Positions 25,453 to 41,189 of a DNA stretch of 64,000 nt are shown here, piece by piece. Positions within the stretch are counted from its first letter, which is position 1. Each line of letters starts with the position of its first letter. Position numbers and translations under genes: made by a program. Source of the stretch: the human T2T-CHM13v2.0 reference genome, Homo sapiens; the NCBI RefSeq assembly GCF_009914755.1, contig NC_060932.1. One strand, 5' to 3'. The notes beneath the pieces are model-generated. The model was not told where the DNA came from and made no database searches. It was given only the letters and a program-made list of their open reading frames with translations.

Positions 25453-27369
25453 GTCTAATTTCTTCAGCAGGAAATCTTCTTTCACAAATTCTTCATTCTT
25501 TATTTTTTTGGTAATATAAAAACAAAAAAACTCTACCACCCAGCATGGCCAGAGCATTGAATTCTGAATGTCTGAGTATGTGCAGTACTACATATACTAT
25601 AATATTCTATAACTTTTGCTTAAATTGCATTTAGAATAAACATCACATGTAGTCCATTGAAGTTGTGATTTAGAATTTCCATCACAATTTTATGGAACCT
25701 TATGGTTCTCACTGAGTAATATTAGTTATTCTAATAACAATATGTGGACTTATTCCTAAGAAAATATATTTTAATTGTACACAGTCACAGTTTAATTCTA
25801 TGATGGACAGCTTCTTTAACTACAGGATTTTTTCCCAAATATTTTAAGGAAATTTGTTTCTGCAAACATATATGCCTCATCATCCTTTTATTTCCAAAAA
25901 TTGTTTTAGGCAAAAATATAGAAGTAAAGGTAGCTACAGTCAGTGAGGTCTGCTATGTGTCCAAATCCATTTAGATGTTTTATCTTATTAGATTCTGACA
26001 TGACTTACCAAAGAAGCATTTTAGAGATAAAGAAACAGAAGTCTGAAGGAGATTTAGACACTTCCTAAACCAGCTTATAGTACATGTGTTATTTCACCAT
26101 TACTTTTGTTCTATTTTTGTGGCAATAGGCCATGCAGTAGAATAAAAAAAGCTAACCATTATTAAAGTGGTGAAATGATAGACACCAAAGGGCACAGTTT
26201 TCTAGATTCCTTGCTGTAATATTTTCTTGTTTTCTTCATCGAAAACAAACTTAAAAAGGAATTTTAGGATGTGTTTCTTTCTTAGTCCTAATACCTAGCT
26301 TGGCGTATAATCTAAGGTTAGATGATACATTCTTATTCCCTAACTAGGTGCATTGGTTAAGAGCCACAAATAAAATAGCAAATACCAAATAATTTCAAAC
26401 TGTAACTGCTAATATTCACTGTTATTATTTATTTTTATCTATAGCCTATAAATCATATGGTGATAAATTATTTCCCAACTATGAAAGCCAAAGGGTAGAT
26501 TAGCACCAATCTGAGATTTGCTGGAGACTTGAAGAGATTCGGTTTACATTTGCAATCCATTGAGTTGCCTATTACAAATAATAACAATTAAACACAAGCA
26601 GACAAAAGCACTGAAAAACCAAAACCAGTTCCTTAAATATAGGAAATGTGGATGAAGTCAGAGATAGACGTGAAGGCTAGAAGAAATAACAATAATAAAA
26701 CAATAATAAATAGCAAATAATAAAAGTATGTAACAAATAATAAAAATTGGCAAGAGATGATTATTATCATAAACAAAAAAAAATTTTATACCCATGTAGA
26801 ACTGGCTACATAAATCAGCATCTAAAAGTTTGAAAGTTTTAATCTGGGTGCTTTCTGATATATTCCTTTGATTGCTTGTTTTTTCTCCATTAATGAATAA
26901 GTAGGAATTTGGGTAAAGTCATGTGACCAATGTTTGATTAAAACTGCAGCTATATTTCAGCACTAATAGCTGTGGAGTAGCTTAAAAAATAATAAAATCT
27001 GTTTTCACTCAAGTGGTCCTTTTTATTTTCCAATTTGTTTACACAGTAGGACTCTAAGATTAAAAAAGATTGATGCCTTAAGATACAACCTTTTACTTTA
27101 GCAATTTTCTGCCAGGTTAATCTCATCAAAATCCCAGAGATTTTTTTTTTTCCCCATCACTAGCTCTCTGAAGCTCAGACTCAGACAGAACAGAAGAGAC
27201 TAAATCTATTCCCTTGGCCTTTACGCTTGGGCAGAGAAATGTGGATTATTCTTTTCTAGAGTAGTTATTTATTTATTTATTCATTTATCTATTTTTTAAG
27301 ACAACCGAAACCCTGTAAGTTATCTCTTCAAAAACGCAGAGTAAAATAACCAACAGGCAGTGATGTTTT

Positions 27370-27745
27370 CAGTTGTTGCTTCAGTCATGGTAAATAACAG
27401 ACAGACCAAAATCTCAGTGGCTTGCAAATACAAGCATGCATTGCCCACTCATGGATCTACAGGTTTACAGTGGGTAGGCTAAGGGGCCAGCTGGTTTTGG
27501 CTGGCTTTGATTCTAGACTGGTAGGTTAGGTCTTCTCATAGCAGAGTACAGGAACACAAGCACTCAGGTGGACATTTGCAGTGGATCTTCAAGTCTCTTC
27601 CCAAATGACAAACTACCACCTCTGCCCACATGCCATTGGTCAAAGCTCCCAAATTAATAGGGTAGAGAAGTATACTCTGCCCATAGGAAAGCTATAGCTA
27701 GGGCAGGAGGTAAGTAAGAATTGTAAACAAATAATATCATCTTGA
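27370..27745 (-). mobile_element. Old MLT1 (I/K-like) LTR
   Basis: 'ccaaaatctcagtggcttgcaa', 'ctctgcccacatgccattggtcaaagc', 'agaagtatactctgccca'. Confidence 0.6.
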
Positions 27746-28436
27746 ACAAGTAATAATATGTTACATTTATCCTTTTTCTTTATGCCTGTAGAATTAACTG
27801 ACAGATCAGGTCTCACAAGACTAATTGTTCACAAGAACGAGCTAGATAGCTTTTAAAATATAAAATTGGCCACAGTATTCTGGATACCTGTGGAATTAAA
27901 ATTTGAGGTGTAGAAACTGAATAGTTTTTTAGAATGTTCCCATATGATTTTAACATGGGGTTATAATCTTCTGGTCTATATCATAAATTTCAACACATGC
28001 TATTTCACCACATTACCAGAAAATATTTTTAAAAATATTCTTCCTACTTGTTTTAGATGTCAGCTTATTGAGATTTTTCTTTATTTACATATATGCAGCC
28101 AAGAAAAAAAATCTGAACTAAATCTCTGAAAACCTCCCTATAGACCATAAAAAATTACAAAGACAAAGCCATATTAGTAAATAATAGGTGGAAAATGCTG
28201 GAGGTTTGGGGGGTGGAATGTTTGAGGAGAATGTATTAAAGCTATTTCCTCACCTTTCATAATAGAAAGCTAATTTCTCACCTTTCAGGCCTTTGAAGTA
28301 GAACACCTTCAAAATTCTGAGTGCTTCTACAAACAAGTCAAAATTAAAAGTCAAATGGAAAGGACAACAATTGAGAATGACAGAACTTTCCAAGGAAATA
28401 CTGGAAGCTAAAAGATCATCTAGATAATTTCTAAAA

Positions 28437-30323
28437 ATTTTTTTTTATACTTTAAGTTCTGGGATACATGTGCAGAACTTGCAGGTTTGCTACATAGGTA
28501 TACATGTGCCATGGTGGTTTGCTTCTCCCATCAACCTGTCATCTACATTAGGTATTTCTCCTAATGTTATCCCTCCCCTAGCACCCCCACCCCCTGACAG
28601 GCCACAGTGTGTGATGTTCCTCTCTCTGTGTCCATGTGTTCTCGTTGTTCACCTCCCACTTATGAATGAGAACATGTGTTGTCTGGTTTTCTGTTCCTGT
28701 CTTAGTTTGCTGAGAATGATGGTTTCCAGTTTCATCCATGTCCCTACAAAGTACATGAACCCATCCTTTTTTAATGGCTGCATAGAATTCCATAGTGTAT
28801 ATGCATCACATTTTCTTTATCCAGTCTATCATTGATGGGCATTTGGATTGGTTCCAAGTCTTTGCTCTTGTGAATAGTGCCGCAATAAATATACGTGTGC
28901 ATGTGCCTTTACAGCAGCATGATTTATAATCCTTTGGGTATATACCCAGTAATGGAATTGCTGGGTCAAATGGTATTTCTGGTTCTAGATCCTTGATGAA
29001 TTGCCACAGTGTCTCCCACATTTGTTGAACTAATTTACACTCCCACCAACAGTGTAAAAGCGTTCCTATTTCTCCACATCCTCTCCAGCATCTGTTGTTT
29101 CCTGACTTTTTAATGATTGCCATTCTAACTGGTGTGAGATGATATCTCATTGTGGTTTTGATTTGCATTTCTCTAATGGCAAGTGATGATGAGCTTTTTT
29201 TCATATGTTTGTTGTCTGCATAAATGTCTTCTTTTGAGAAGTGTCTGTTCATATCCTTCACCCACATTTTGATGGGGTTGTCTCAGCCCAAAATCTCCTT
29301 AAGTGATAAGCAACTTCAGCAAAGTCTCAGGATACAAAATCAACGTACAAAAATCATAAGCATTCCTACACACCAATAACAGACAAACTGAGAGCCAAAT
29401 CATGAGTGAAATCCCATCCACAATTGCTACAAGGAGAATTAAATACCTAGAAATAAAACTTACAAGGGATGTGAAGGACCTATTTAAGGAGAACTATAAA
29501 CCACTGCTCAAGGAAATGAGAGAGGACACAAATGGAAAAATACTCCATGTTCATGGATAGGAAAAATCAATATAGTGAAAATGGCCATACAGCCCAAAGT
29601 AATTTATAGATTTAATGCTATCCCCATCAATCTACCACTGACTTTCTTCACAGAATTAGAAAAAACTACTTTAAATTCCATACGGAAGCAAAAAAGAGCC
29701 TGCATAGCCAAGACAATCCTAAGCAAAAGGAACAAAGCTGGAGGCATCATGCTACCTGACTTTAAACTATACTACAAGGCTACAATAACCAAAAAAGCAT
29801 GGTACTGGTACCAAAACAGATATATAAACCAATGGAACAGAACAGAGGCCTCAGAAATAACACCACACATCTACAACCATCTGATCTTTGACAAACCTGA
29901 CAAAAACAAGCAATGGGGAAAGGATTCCCTATTTAATATATGGTGTTGGGAAAACTGGCTAGCCATATGCAGAAAAACTGAAATTAGACCCCTTCCTTAT
30001 GCCTTGTACAAAAATTAACTAGAGATGGATTAAAGACTTAAATGTGAGACCTAAAACCATAAAAATCCTGGAGGAAAACCTAGACAATACCATTCAGGAC
30101 ATAGGCATGGGCAAAGACTTCATGTCCAAAACACCAAAAGCAATTGCAACAAAAGCCAAAATTGACAAATGGGATCTAATTAAACTAAAGAGCTTCTGCA
30201 CAGCAAAAGAAACTATCATCAGAGTGAATAGGCAACCTACAGAATGGGAGAAAATTTTTGCAATCTATCCATCTGACAAAGGGTTAATATCCGTAATATA
30301 CAGGGAACTTAAACAAACTTACA
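28437..30323 (-). mobile_element. 5'-inverted (twin-primed) L1PA7-like element
   Basis: Minus 3' segment 28438-29280 and plus ORF2 segment 29281-30323; TSD 'agataatttctaaaa' at 28422-28436 and 30324-30338. Confidence 0.95.
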
Positions 30324-31669
30324 AGATAATTTCTAAAATTTAAAAATGACAATAATTAAAGCAAACATTTATTATTTATAAATGTGGGATTAAATATCAG
30401 AAGGAATAGTTAATTATTTGAAAATGAATCTTGTAGAGAAACAGTATTCAAGGGTGAAGAGGAGAGGGAAAATGGAGTGCCGCTTAGAGTTACATGCCTT
30501 GTCATAGTTTATTCCATTATTAGACATTATTTTGCTGGAACATAATTTAAACAATACAAATAGAGTATTTAAATAAATTTAATTCAATTACCCTTTAAAA
30601 TATGCACCTGAACCAATGGGTATTTTGCTCAGTAATATTGACACCATTATGATAAATGAAGTATCATAAGATACATACAGATTAATACTTAATTTTTTCA
30701 TAATTTGGGCCTGATTATGTACCCAAGATGTCCTGTTTGGCTACTAAAATGACCTTATCTCATCTCTTCCCCTCTCTCTCTCTCTCTCTCTCCCAACCCC
30801 CTTACATTTTAATCATAATGGAAAAAATGTTTTGTTCATTTCATATCATTCAGAAATAAGTGAGCAAGTGGGCATTGTAGAAAATATCTAAGAAGTGTTA
30901 CGCTAGTTGTTATACCCCAATTATTATTTCACCTGTATTGGGTTTGCTAACCTGCTTTAAGGAATTTTACTAAAATCTAATTTAACATGCATCTGTTTAA
31001 TGGTCTTCATGCTTTACAAAGCAATGACTAATCCCGTTTGTTTCTGTGATAGCGGCCACAATTTAATTATTCAGGCAGGATAAGGTTTTAAAGGACTCAA
31101 CAGTTGCTGAGTTTTGCTTGAAAGTGCTATTCCTTTAAAGGTTTTAGGAAAATTGTCCCTTAAAAAGACAAAAATGACTACAAAACATCTAACCAATAGT
31201 TACTAACTTTAAATTGGTTTTAACTCTAATGGCCCTGCAGTCTAAAATGGAAGGATCACCAAACATGGAGTCAGTTGACCCAACACTGCCCCTAAAAACT
31301 GTGCAAATTTAGTGAAGAACTTAAACTCTAAATGCCTTAATTTTCTCTTGTAGGTAATAATTATTAAACCATTTCTTCAATAAATATTTATTTAGCACTT
31401 ACTGTTTTTAGGCACTTCGTAAGCATGGAAGAACTCATATTGAAGACGACAGGAATGGCCAGTGCTGCAAAGATAAAAATAATATTAACCAAGAGTATTG
31501 CTGTAGGAATAAAAAATAAGATTGTGAAAGAAAACATTTTAAAAATCATAATAAATTGTAGAAAACTAGAGTTTTATTACTCTTGCTTAGATGACAAATG
31601 AAAATGTTTAAAATGTCAAAAGGCAAATAAGAATTTACTCAATAATATAAATAGATGCTCTCAAACTGA

Positions 31670-33465
31670 TCTTTGCCATCAGCATTTAAACATATACAAG
31701 ACTCTCTCATCCATAGGGCCCAAATCTTCCTTCAGCCACAGCTCTATCTCTACCTTCTTTTCAGAACAAACTTCTTAAAAGTTGTTTATTCTCACTATGT
31801 ACATTTTCTCACCTTCTACTTTGTCAACTTTTCTAATATGGCTTTCATCTTCATTATGCCACCAACTTTACCCTAAGGTTATGAGTGATCTCCCTATCAG
31901 TGAATCCAATAGATATTTTCAATTCTTTTTATATTCTCAGTAGCAATAACCAGTGAAGACACTTTCCTTGAAGTATTGTCTTCATATAATCCTGTCACAT
32001 AGCACTCTTCTAAACTCCCTCTTTTCACCTGGCAGCTTCAAATCTTTTCTGCTGACTCCTCATTCATTACTCAAACACTAAATTTAGTAGATTGAGTCTC
32101 AGGCCTGAACATTGTTATCTTTTAACTCTATGTTTTCCCTGGATAACCTAATTCAGTCCCTCCAGTATACAAAGGTAACTCACAACACTATGTCTCTAGT
32201 CCAAAACTGTCATCTGGGTTCCACGCCTGTATCTCCAACCACCTACCTGGCAAATTTTCTCAAATATCTTAAAAGTACTTCAAACTATTAAGACACTATA
32301 AACTCAACCCTCTTCCTGAAACCATGTCCTCTTCCAGTGTTCCTATTGCTATGAAGGATATTACTAGATGGCAACAGTGCAAGATGGAGAGCTAAGAACC
32401 ATCCTGATCACCTTTTCCTAATTATCTCTTGTCGATGTTCTTTTCTAAATACCTCTAGAAATCATTAATTTCCCTTTATGCCTACTTCCACTGCCTTATT
32501 CAAGCTACTGTCATCTCTTGCTTGGAGTATAATAACCCCCTAAACTGGTCTACATACACCTGATCTTGCCCGTCAATGATTCACTGTCATCCTGCAACCA
32601 GAATGGCTTTTGAATACTTTAAATTTTTGCACTGGTCTAAGGATAAAATCCAAAGACCTCAACCTGCCTATAAGGACGTGGCCCTATCCATTCTTTCAGC
32701 CTCATCTTGAGATACTCTTCCCTTTGCTGAATATTCTCTGGATACTTTGGTTTATTTTTGCTAACTGAAGTACTCATACACCCTCTTTCCATAGGACCTT
32801 TGCACATCCTATCCTATGTAGGGAATGTTCTTTCTTTCTCTCCTCACTGAATTTATCAACCTAAATTGATATTATAAGTTTTAGATACAGCTAAAGAGAG
32901 AATTAACAAATTCAGTCTACATTTTTACAGAGTTTAAAAGGTTGAGAATATGATGAATTCTCCTCTACTTTTGGTGTTAGCTCTTTGAAACCAGAAACAT
33001 TCCCTTCATCTACACAGCAAATATTTATTGAACATTTATTTTTTGCTCATTTATCTGAAAATAAATTTTTCTAAACAGCTTCTCATCTCTGTATGTATTA
33101 ACAAAAGCTGAAATCTGGAGGCATAATTTTCATTTAGTAACCTCATTAAGATACAAGTGTGTGAAAATTTTATTATTATTCTATTACATCAAGTTTACCT
33201 TACAATCTTAAGTTATATATTTTCTTATTGTATTGAGAGATCTTTTAATTTGCTTTTTCAATTTTTTATATTTAAGAAAAGATTTGATTACACAAATTAA
33301 CTAAATTTCCCCAATATTTTACTTTATAACATTATCCCAAAACTAGACTATATTCCTCTACCAAAATATAATTTTTATAAGAGCAGATAGATTTTGTCTG
33401 TTTTGTTCAAGTACCTACACAAGTGCTTGATTCATAGTAAGCTCAATAAATATTTTTTGAAAAAA
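31670..33465 (+). mobile_element. L2 LINE fragments
   Basis: 'tgtatctccaaccacctac', 'aataaccccctaaactggtc', 'ggacctttgcacat' and the tail 'catagtaagctcaataaatatttt'. Confidence 0.7.
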
Positions 33466-33735
33466 TTAAGTAATTGTAAAAATACATTTTGGTTTCAGAA
33501 TATAGCAGGAATTGAAGTCACTGATACTTTTATTACAAACCTCATTACATTAGTGTGAATGCTACAAAAAATTATTACATTTCTTTTTCCGAAAAATTTA
33601 ATCCACATGTCAACAAGGATTATTTGGGGAAAAGAAACTGTCTCAAGCTGACTTTTATAGAAAGATTTATTTATTCTAAGCACCACAAATATACATAGAC
33701 TCCAAAGACTACACAACAAACCCCCATGAGACAAG

Positions 33736-35175
<1,440 letters not shown>

Positions 35176-36049
35176 GTAATAAAAGCAGAACTTTTTAAAA
35201 ATAACAATGTTCAAACACAAACACCTTGTTGGCCAGGAACAAAAGAGAAACAAATTAAAAGTGGAGCAGTAAAGGACACACAGATGCTATAAGTCAACTT
35301 TTATGTCTCTTGTCTCACTGCATTCCATCATCCTTGGCTTCCTAGATGTCACGGTAGGTGGTCCTCACAATTCATGAGATTACATTCAAGGCTCCAGCCA
35401 GGCTAAAACTGGAAGAGCATAATAAAAATACCAGAAATCTTGTCGGGAGGCTTACTGTCCAAGCTGGAGTAGATGTCCATCCTTAAACAGCTGTGGCCAG
35501 AGAGACCAGGAGCATGAAACTTCATCATCATTAGAGTTTATGAATGTGTGGTCAGATGTCTTAGTCACAAAGATCTACTAGGAAAAGTTAAGGTGTATAG
35601 GTAGAAACATGTGAAAGTAAAAGATCTTCTAGTAGTCAGATCAGAAATTTTCTAATAAAAAATAGAAAAACTGACCAATGAAATTACTACTAATTCAGTC
35701 TCCAGTTGGGACCTATCTCCCTAGGTAGTCTTGGAGCACATACTTCTCATATAAGGCAGATGATTCAGCCATTGGTTGAGGGCATTTTATAGTATTAATA
35801 TTAGTCATTGTTATTCTACAATAACAGCTCTCTGTGTCTGTTCATCTGCCTGTGTGCTTGTGTGTATATGTACATGTACATATATGATTATATAATACAC
35901 ACATACTCATTCAACACGTTCAGAATGGCAAATAAATTCACAATTACATAGATCCATAACACTATAGAAATAACTCTAAAACAAGGAGATCTTCAAATAT
36001 ATATCTTTAAACACAAAATAATTAAATTTTATTTGAATTTAATGAAGAA

Positions 36050-36200
36050 ACAGAAAAAATTATCAGTCCTATCTGATAAATATTTTATTATAAAATATTT
36101 ATTTTATTTTATTTATTTTTATATTATTTTTTATCGTACTATTTTTTATTTTATATTTATTTTATTTAATTTTATATACAAAATAAATATTTTATTACAA
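36050..36200. repeat. AT-rich low-complexity tract with short palindromes
   Basis: For example, 13-bp arms at 36076-36088 and 36090-36102. Confidence 0.8.
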
Positions 36201-36255
36201 AACATCTATGATTCTACAATATCCCTCTAAGTTTCAGGGGAAAAATTTATTTGAA

Positions 36256-39200
36256 TTTTTTTTAAAGAACCAACTCAATTTCATTGATATTTTGTATGGA
36301 TTTTTGCATTCCAATTTTTACTATGTTTTTCTCTAATTTTAGTTATTTCTTTTTTCTTTCAGTTTTGGGGTTGGTTTGTTCTTTTTTTTTATTTTCTAGT
36401 TCCCTTAGGTGCAAAGTCAGATTGTTAATTTGAGCTCTAACTTCTTAATGAAGGGATTTAAGGCTACAAACTCTCCTGTTAACACTGCTTTTGTTTCTGC
36501 CTTAAAGTTTACCCAGGAGTTATTCAGGAGAAAATTCTTTAATTTCCATGTATTTGTGTAGTTTTGATAGATATTCTTGATATTCATTTCTCTTTTTATT
36601 GCACTGTGGTTCAAGAGTGTGCTTGATATGATTTCATTTTTTTAATTTATTGAGATTTGCTTTATGACTGAACATGTGGTTGATCTTAGAATATGTTCCA
36701 CGTGCTGATGAGAAGAATGTGTATTATGTGGTAGTTGGGTGAAGTGTTCTGTAGATGTCTATTAGGTCCAATTGGTCAAGTGTTGAGTTTAAGTCCAAGG
36801 TTTCCTCATTAGTTTCCTGCCTCAATGATCTGTCTAATGCCATCAATGGGGTGTTGGGGTCTCCCATTGTTATCGTGTAGTTGTCTAAGTCTTTCTGTAG
36901 GCCAAGAAGAAACTTGTTTTATAAATCTGGGTGCTCCAATATTTGGATGCATATATATATTTAGAATAGTTAAGGCTTCATGTTGTATTGTATCTTTGTC
37001 ACTATGTAATGCTCTTTATTGTCCTTACTTTTTATTAAAAATTCTATTTTTAAAGTCTGTTTTATCTGCTATAAAGATAGTGACTCCTGCTCTTTTTTAT
37101 TTTCCACATGGTAATCTTTCTGCATCATTTTACTTTGAGCCTCTGGGTGACATTACATGTGTCTCTTGAAGCCAGCAGATGGTTGAGTCTTTTCTTTTTA
37201 TCTAGCTAGCCACTCTGTGACCTTTAATTGGGGCATTTAGCCCATTTACATTCAAGATTAATATTGATATGTATGATTCTGATGCTGTCATTGTGTTGCT
37301 ACCTGGTTGTTATGTAGACTTGATTGCATAATTGCTTTATAGTACCTGTGGACTATGTGCTTAAGGGTGCTTATGTGGTAGCAGGTGTCATTCTTTCAAT
37401 TCCATGTTTAGAACCCCCACAAAGACCTCCGATAAGTCTAGTCTACTTGAAACATATTCCCTCAGCATTTGCTTGTCTGAAAAGGATTTTATTTCTCCTT
37501 TATTTATGAAGGTTAGTTTGGTGGGATATGAAATTGCTGCTTGGAATTTTTTTTCTTAAAGGATGCCCAAAATAGGCTCTCAACCTATTCTGGCTTATAA
37601 AGTTTCTGCTGAGAGTTCTGCTGCAAGCCTGATGAGGTTCCCTCTATACGTGACTTGGCACTTCTTTCTACCTGCCTTTAAATTTTTTTCTTTTGCGTGT
37701 ACTGGTAAATCTAACGACTATGATTTGGGGATGATCATCTTGCATAGTATCCAGCTGGAGTTCTCTGTATTTCTTGGATTTTCATGTCAACCTCTTTAGG
37801 AAGATTAGAAAAATTTTCACTGACTGTATCCTCAAATATGTTTTCCAGGTTGTTTATTCTCTCTCATTCTCTCTCAAGAATGCCAGTGAGTTATAGATTT
37901 GGTCTCTTTACATAATCTCGTATTTCCCAGAGATTGTTTATTTTTCTTGAAAGATCCTCAGAGAATACTAGGAAAACTCTATGCACACAAATTAGGAAAC
38001 TTAGAGGAAATGGATATATTCCTGGAAAAACACAATCTCCAAGATCAAATCAGGAAGGGATTGAAACCCTGAATAGACCAATACCAAGCTCTGAAATTGA
38101 ATTAGCAATTTAAAAAACTTACCAACCAAAAAAGCCCTGGACTGAATGGATTCACAGATGAATTCTACCAGATATAAAAAGAAGAACTGCTACCAATCCT
38201 ACTGAAATTACTCCAAAAAATCAAAAGGAGGGATTTCTCCCTAACTCATTCTATGAAGCCACCATTAGCCTAATACCAAAATCTGACAAAGACATGATGA
38301 AGAAAGAAAACTTCAGGCCAATATCCCTGATAAACTTAGCTGTAAAAATCCTCAACAAAATACTAGCAAACTGAATCTAGCAGCATATCAAAAAGTTAAT
38401 TAACCATGACCAAGTAGATTTTATTCCTAGGATACCAGGTTGGTTCAACATATGCAAATCAATAAATGTAATTCACTACATAAACAGAATTAAAAGCAAA
38501 AATTATATAATTATCTCAATAGATATGGATAACCCTTTTGATAAAATCCAATATCATTTCATGATTATAACCCTCAACAGTCCAGGCCTCAAAGGTACAT
38601 ACATACCTCAAAATAACAAGAGCCACCTGTAACAAACCCATAGCCAACATTATACTGAACAGGAAAAAGCTAGAACCATTCCCCTTGATAACAGTAACAA
38701 GGAGTGGATGCCCACTCTCACAACCCCTATTGAATACAGTACTGGGAGTCCTAGATAAAATAATCAGGCAAGAGAAAGAAATAAAAGTCATCCAAATAGG
38801 AAAATAAGTCAAACTACCTCTCTTCATTGACAATATGATTCTATACTTAGAAACCCTTAAAGATGCTGCCAAAGGGTCCTTACACTAACAAACAATTCTA
38901 GCAAGGTTTCAGAATACAAAATCAATGTAAAAAATGACTAGCATTTCTATACACCAATAATGTCCAGGCTGGCAGTCAAATCAAGAACATAATCCCATTT
39001 ACAATAGCCACAGAGAAAATGGAATACCTAAGAATGCAGCTAACAAAGGAGGTGAAAGAGCTCTACAAGGAAAACTACAAAACATTACTGAAGGAAATCA
39101 GAGATGACACAAATAAATGGAAAAACATCCTATGCTCATAGATGAGAAGAATGAATATTGTTAAAATGGCCACACTGCCCAAAGTAATTTACAGATTAAA

Positions 39201-40741
39201 TGCTATTTCTATCAAACTAAAATACCAATGTCATTCTTCACCAAATTAGAAAAAAAAATTTAAATTCATATAGAACCAAAAAAGATCCCAAGTAGCCAAA
39301 GCAATCCTAAGTAAAAAGAACAAAGCTGGAGGCATCACACTACCTGACTTCAAACTATACTATAAGACCACAGTAACCAAAACAACATGGTACTGGTCCA
39401 AAAACAGACACATTGAACAATGGAACAGAATGAAAACCAGAAATAAATCTGCACACCTAAAACTACCTGACCTTCAACAAGGCTGAGAAAGACAAGCAAC
39501 AAGGAAAGAACTCCCTATTTAAGAAATGGTGCTATGATAATTGGCTAGCCATATGTGGAAGAATTAAGCTAGACCCTTACTTTCACCATATACAAAAATT
39601 AACTCAAGATGGTTAAAGATTTATATGTAAGACCTCAAACTGTAAAAATGTCCTAGAAGAAAACTTAGAGAATACTCTTCTTGACATCAGCCTTGGCAAA
39701 ATAATTATGGTCATGTTCCCAAAAGCAATAGCAACAAAAACAAAAACTGACAAGTGGGACCTAATTAAACTAAAGAGCTTCTGCACATCAAAAGAAACTA
39801 TCAATAGAGTAAACAGATAGCCTCCAGGATGGGAGGAAATATTTGCACACTATGTATCTGATAAAGACTTAATATCCAAAATCTATAAGGAACTTAAATC
39901 AACAAGCTTAAAATAAATAACCCCACTAAAAAGTGGGCAAAAGAAGACATACACATGACCAATAAATATGTGATAAAAGGCTCATCATCACTAATGATCA
40001 GAGAAATGCAAATCAAAATTGTAGTGAAATACCACAAGTCAGAATGACAACTCTTAAAAAGTCAAAAAACAACAGATTTCTCTGACGAGGCTGTGGAGAA
40101 AATGGAATGCTTATACACTGCTGGTAGGAATGTAAATTAGTTCAGCCACTGTGGAAAGCAGATTGAAAATTTTTCAAAGAACTTTCAACAGAGTTACCAT
40201 TTGACCCAGCAATCCCATTACTGGGTATATCTCCAAAGGAATATATATCATTATACCAAAAAGGCACATGAAAAAAGAACATGAATTCATGTGTTCATTG
40301 CCACGCTATTCACAGTAGCAAAGACATAGAAATCAACCTAGGTGCCCCTCAGTGGTGGACTGAATTTTCAAAATGTGGTACATAGTTACCATGGAATGCT
40401 ACACAGCCATGAAAAGAATGAAATAATGTCCTTTGCAGCAATACATTAATAGACGGAGCTGGAGGCCATAATTCTAAGCAAATTAATGCAGGAACAAAAC
40501 ACCGAATAGTGTATGTGCTCACTTGTAAGAAGGAGCTATACATTCAGCACACATGAACTTAAACATGGAAACAATAGACACTGCAGACTACTCAAGAGGG
40601 GAGGGGGGGAGGGGGGAATGGGTTGAAAACCGATCTATTTATTGGGTACTATGCTCACTACCCGGGTCCAATATACCCATGTAACAATTCTACATATGTA
40701 CCCCCTCTATCTAAATTAAAAGCTGAAATTTTTTAAAAAAG
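36256..40741 (+). mobile_element. 5'-inverted older L1 (L1PA16/17- or L1PB-like): minus ORF1-ORF2 5' part ~36256-37945, plus ORF2-3'UTR ~37950-40741
   Basis: Reverse ORF1/endonuclease sequence, then forward RT/C-domain and a 3'UTR ending 'ctaaattaaaagctgaaatt...aaaaaa'. Degenerate TSD gaaaa...tatttgaa at 36240 and 40741. Confidence 0.88.
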
Positions 40742-40817
40742 AAAATAATATTTGAAGTACTGAGATTATAACAATTATAGCATTTAAAAATACATTTCCA
40801 GTTCAGATAGCTTTGTC

Positions 40818-41175
40818 TTGGTTCAACATATGCAAATCAACAACTATGATTCACTCCATAAATGGAATTAAAGGCAAAAACCATATGATCATCTCAATAG
40901 ATGCAGACAAAGCTTTCAATAAAAATCCAGCATCCTTTCATGATAAAAATCCTCAACAGCCTAGATATTGAAGAAACATACCTCAAAATAACAAGAGCTG
41001 TCTGACAAACTCATAGCCAACATCAAACTGAACCAGCAGAAGTTAGAACCATTCCCACTGAGAACTCTAGCAAGCAGAGGATGCCCACTCTGACCCTTCC
41101 TATACATCACAGTACTGAAAATCCTAGCAAAAGCAATTAGACAAGAGAATGAAATAAAAGAAAAAAGGGAAAAAA
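40818..41175 (+). mobile_element. Isolated internal L1 ORF2 (RT) fragment
   Basis: Paralogous to ~38440-38790 ('ttggttcaacatatgcaaatcaa...gaaataaaag'); ends in an A-rich run. Confidence 0.85.
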
Positions 41176-41189
41176 CTTTCTCTGATGAG

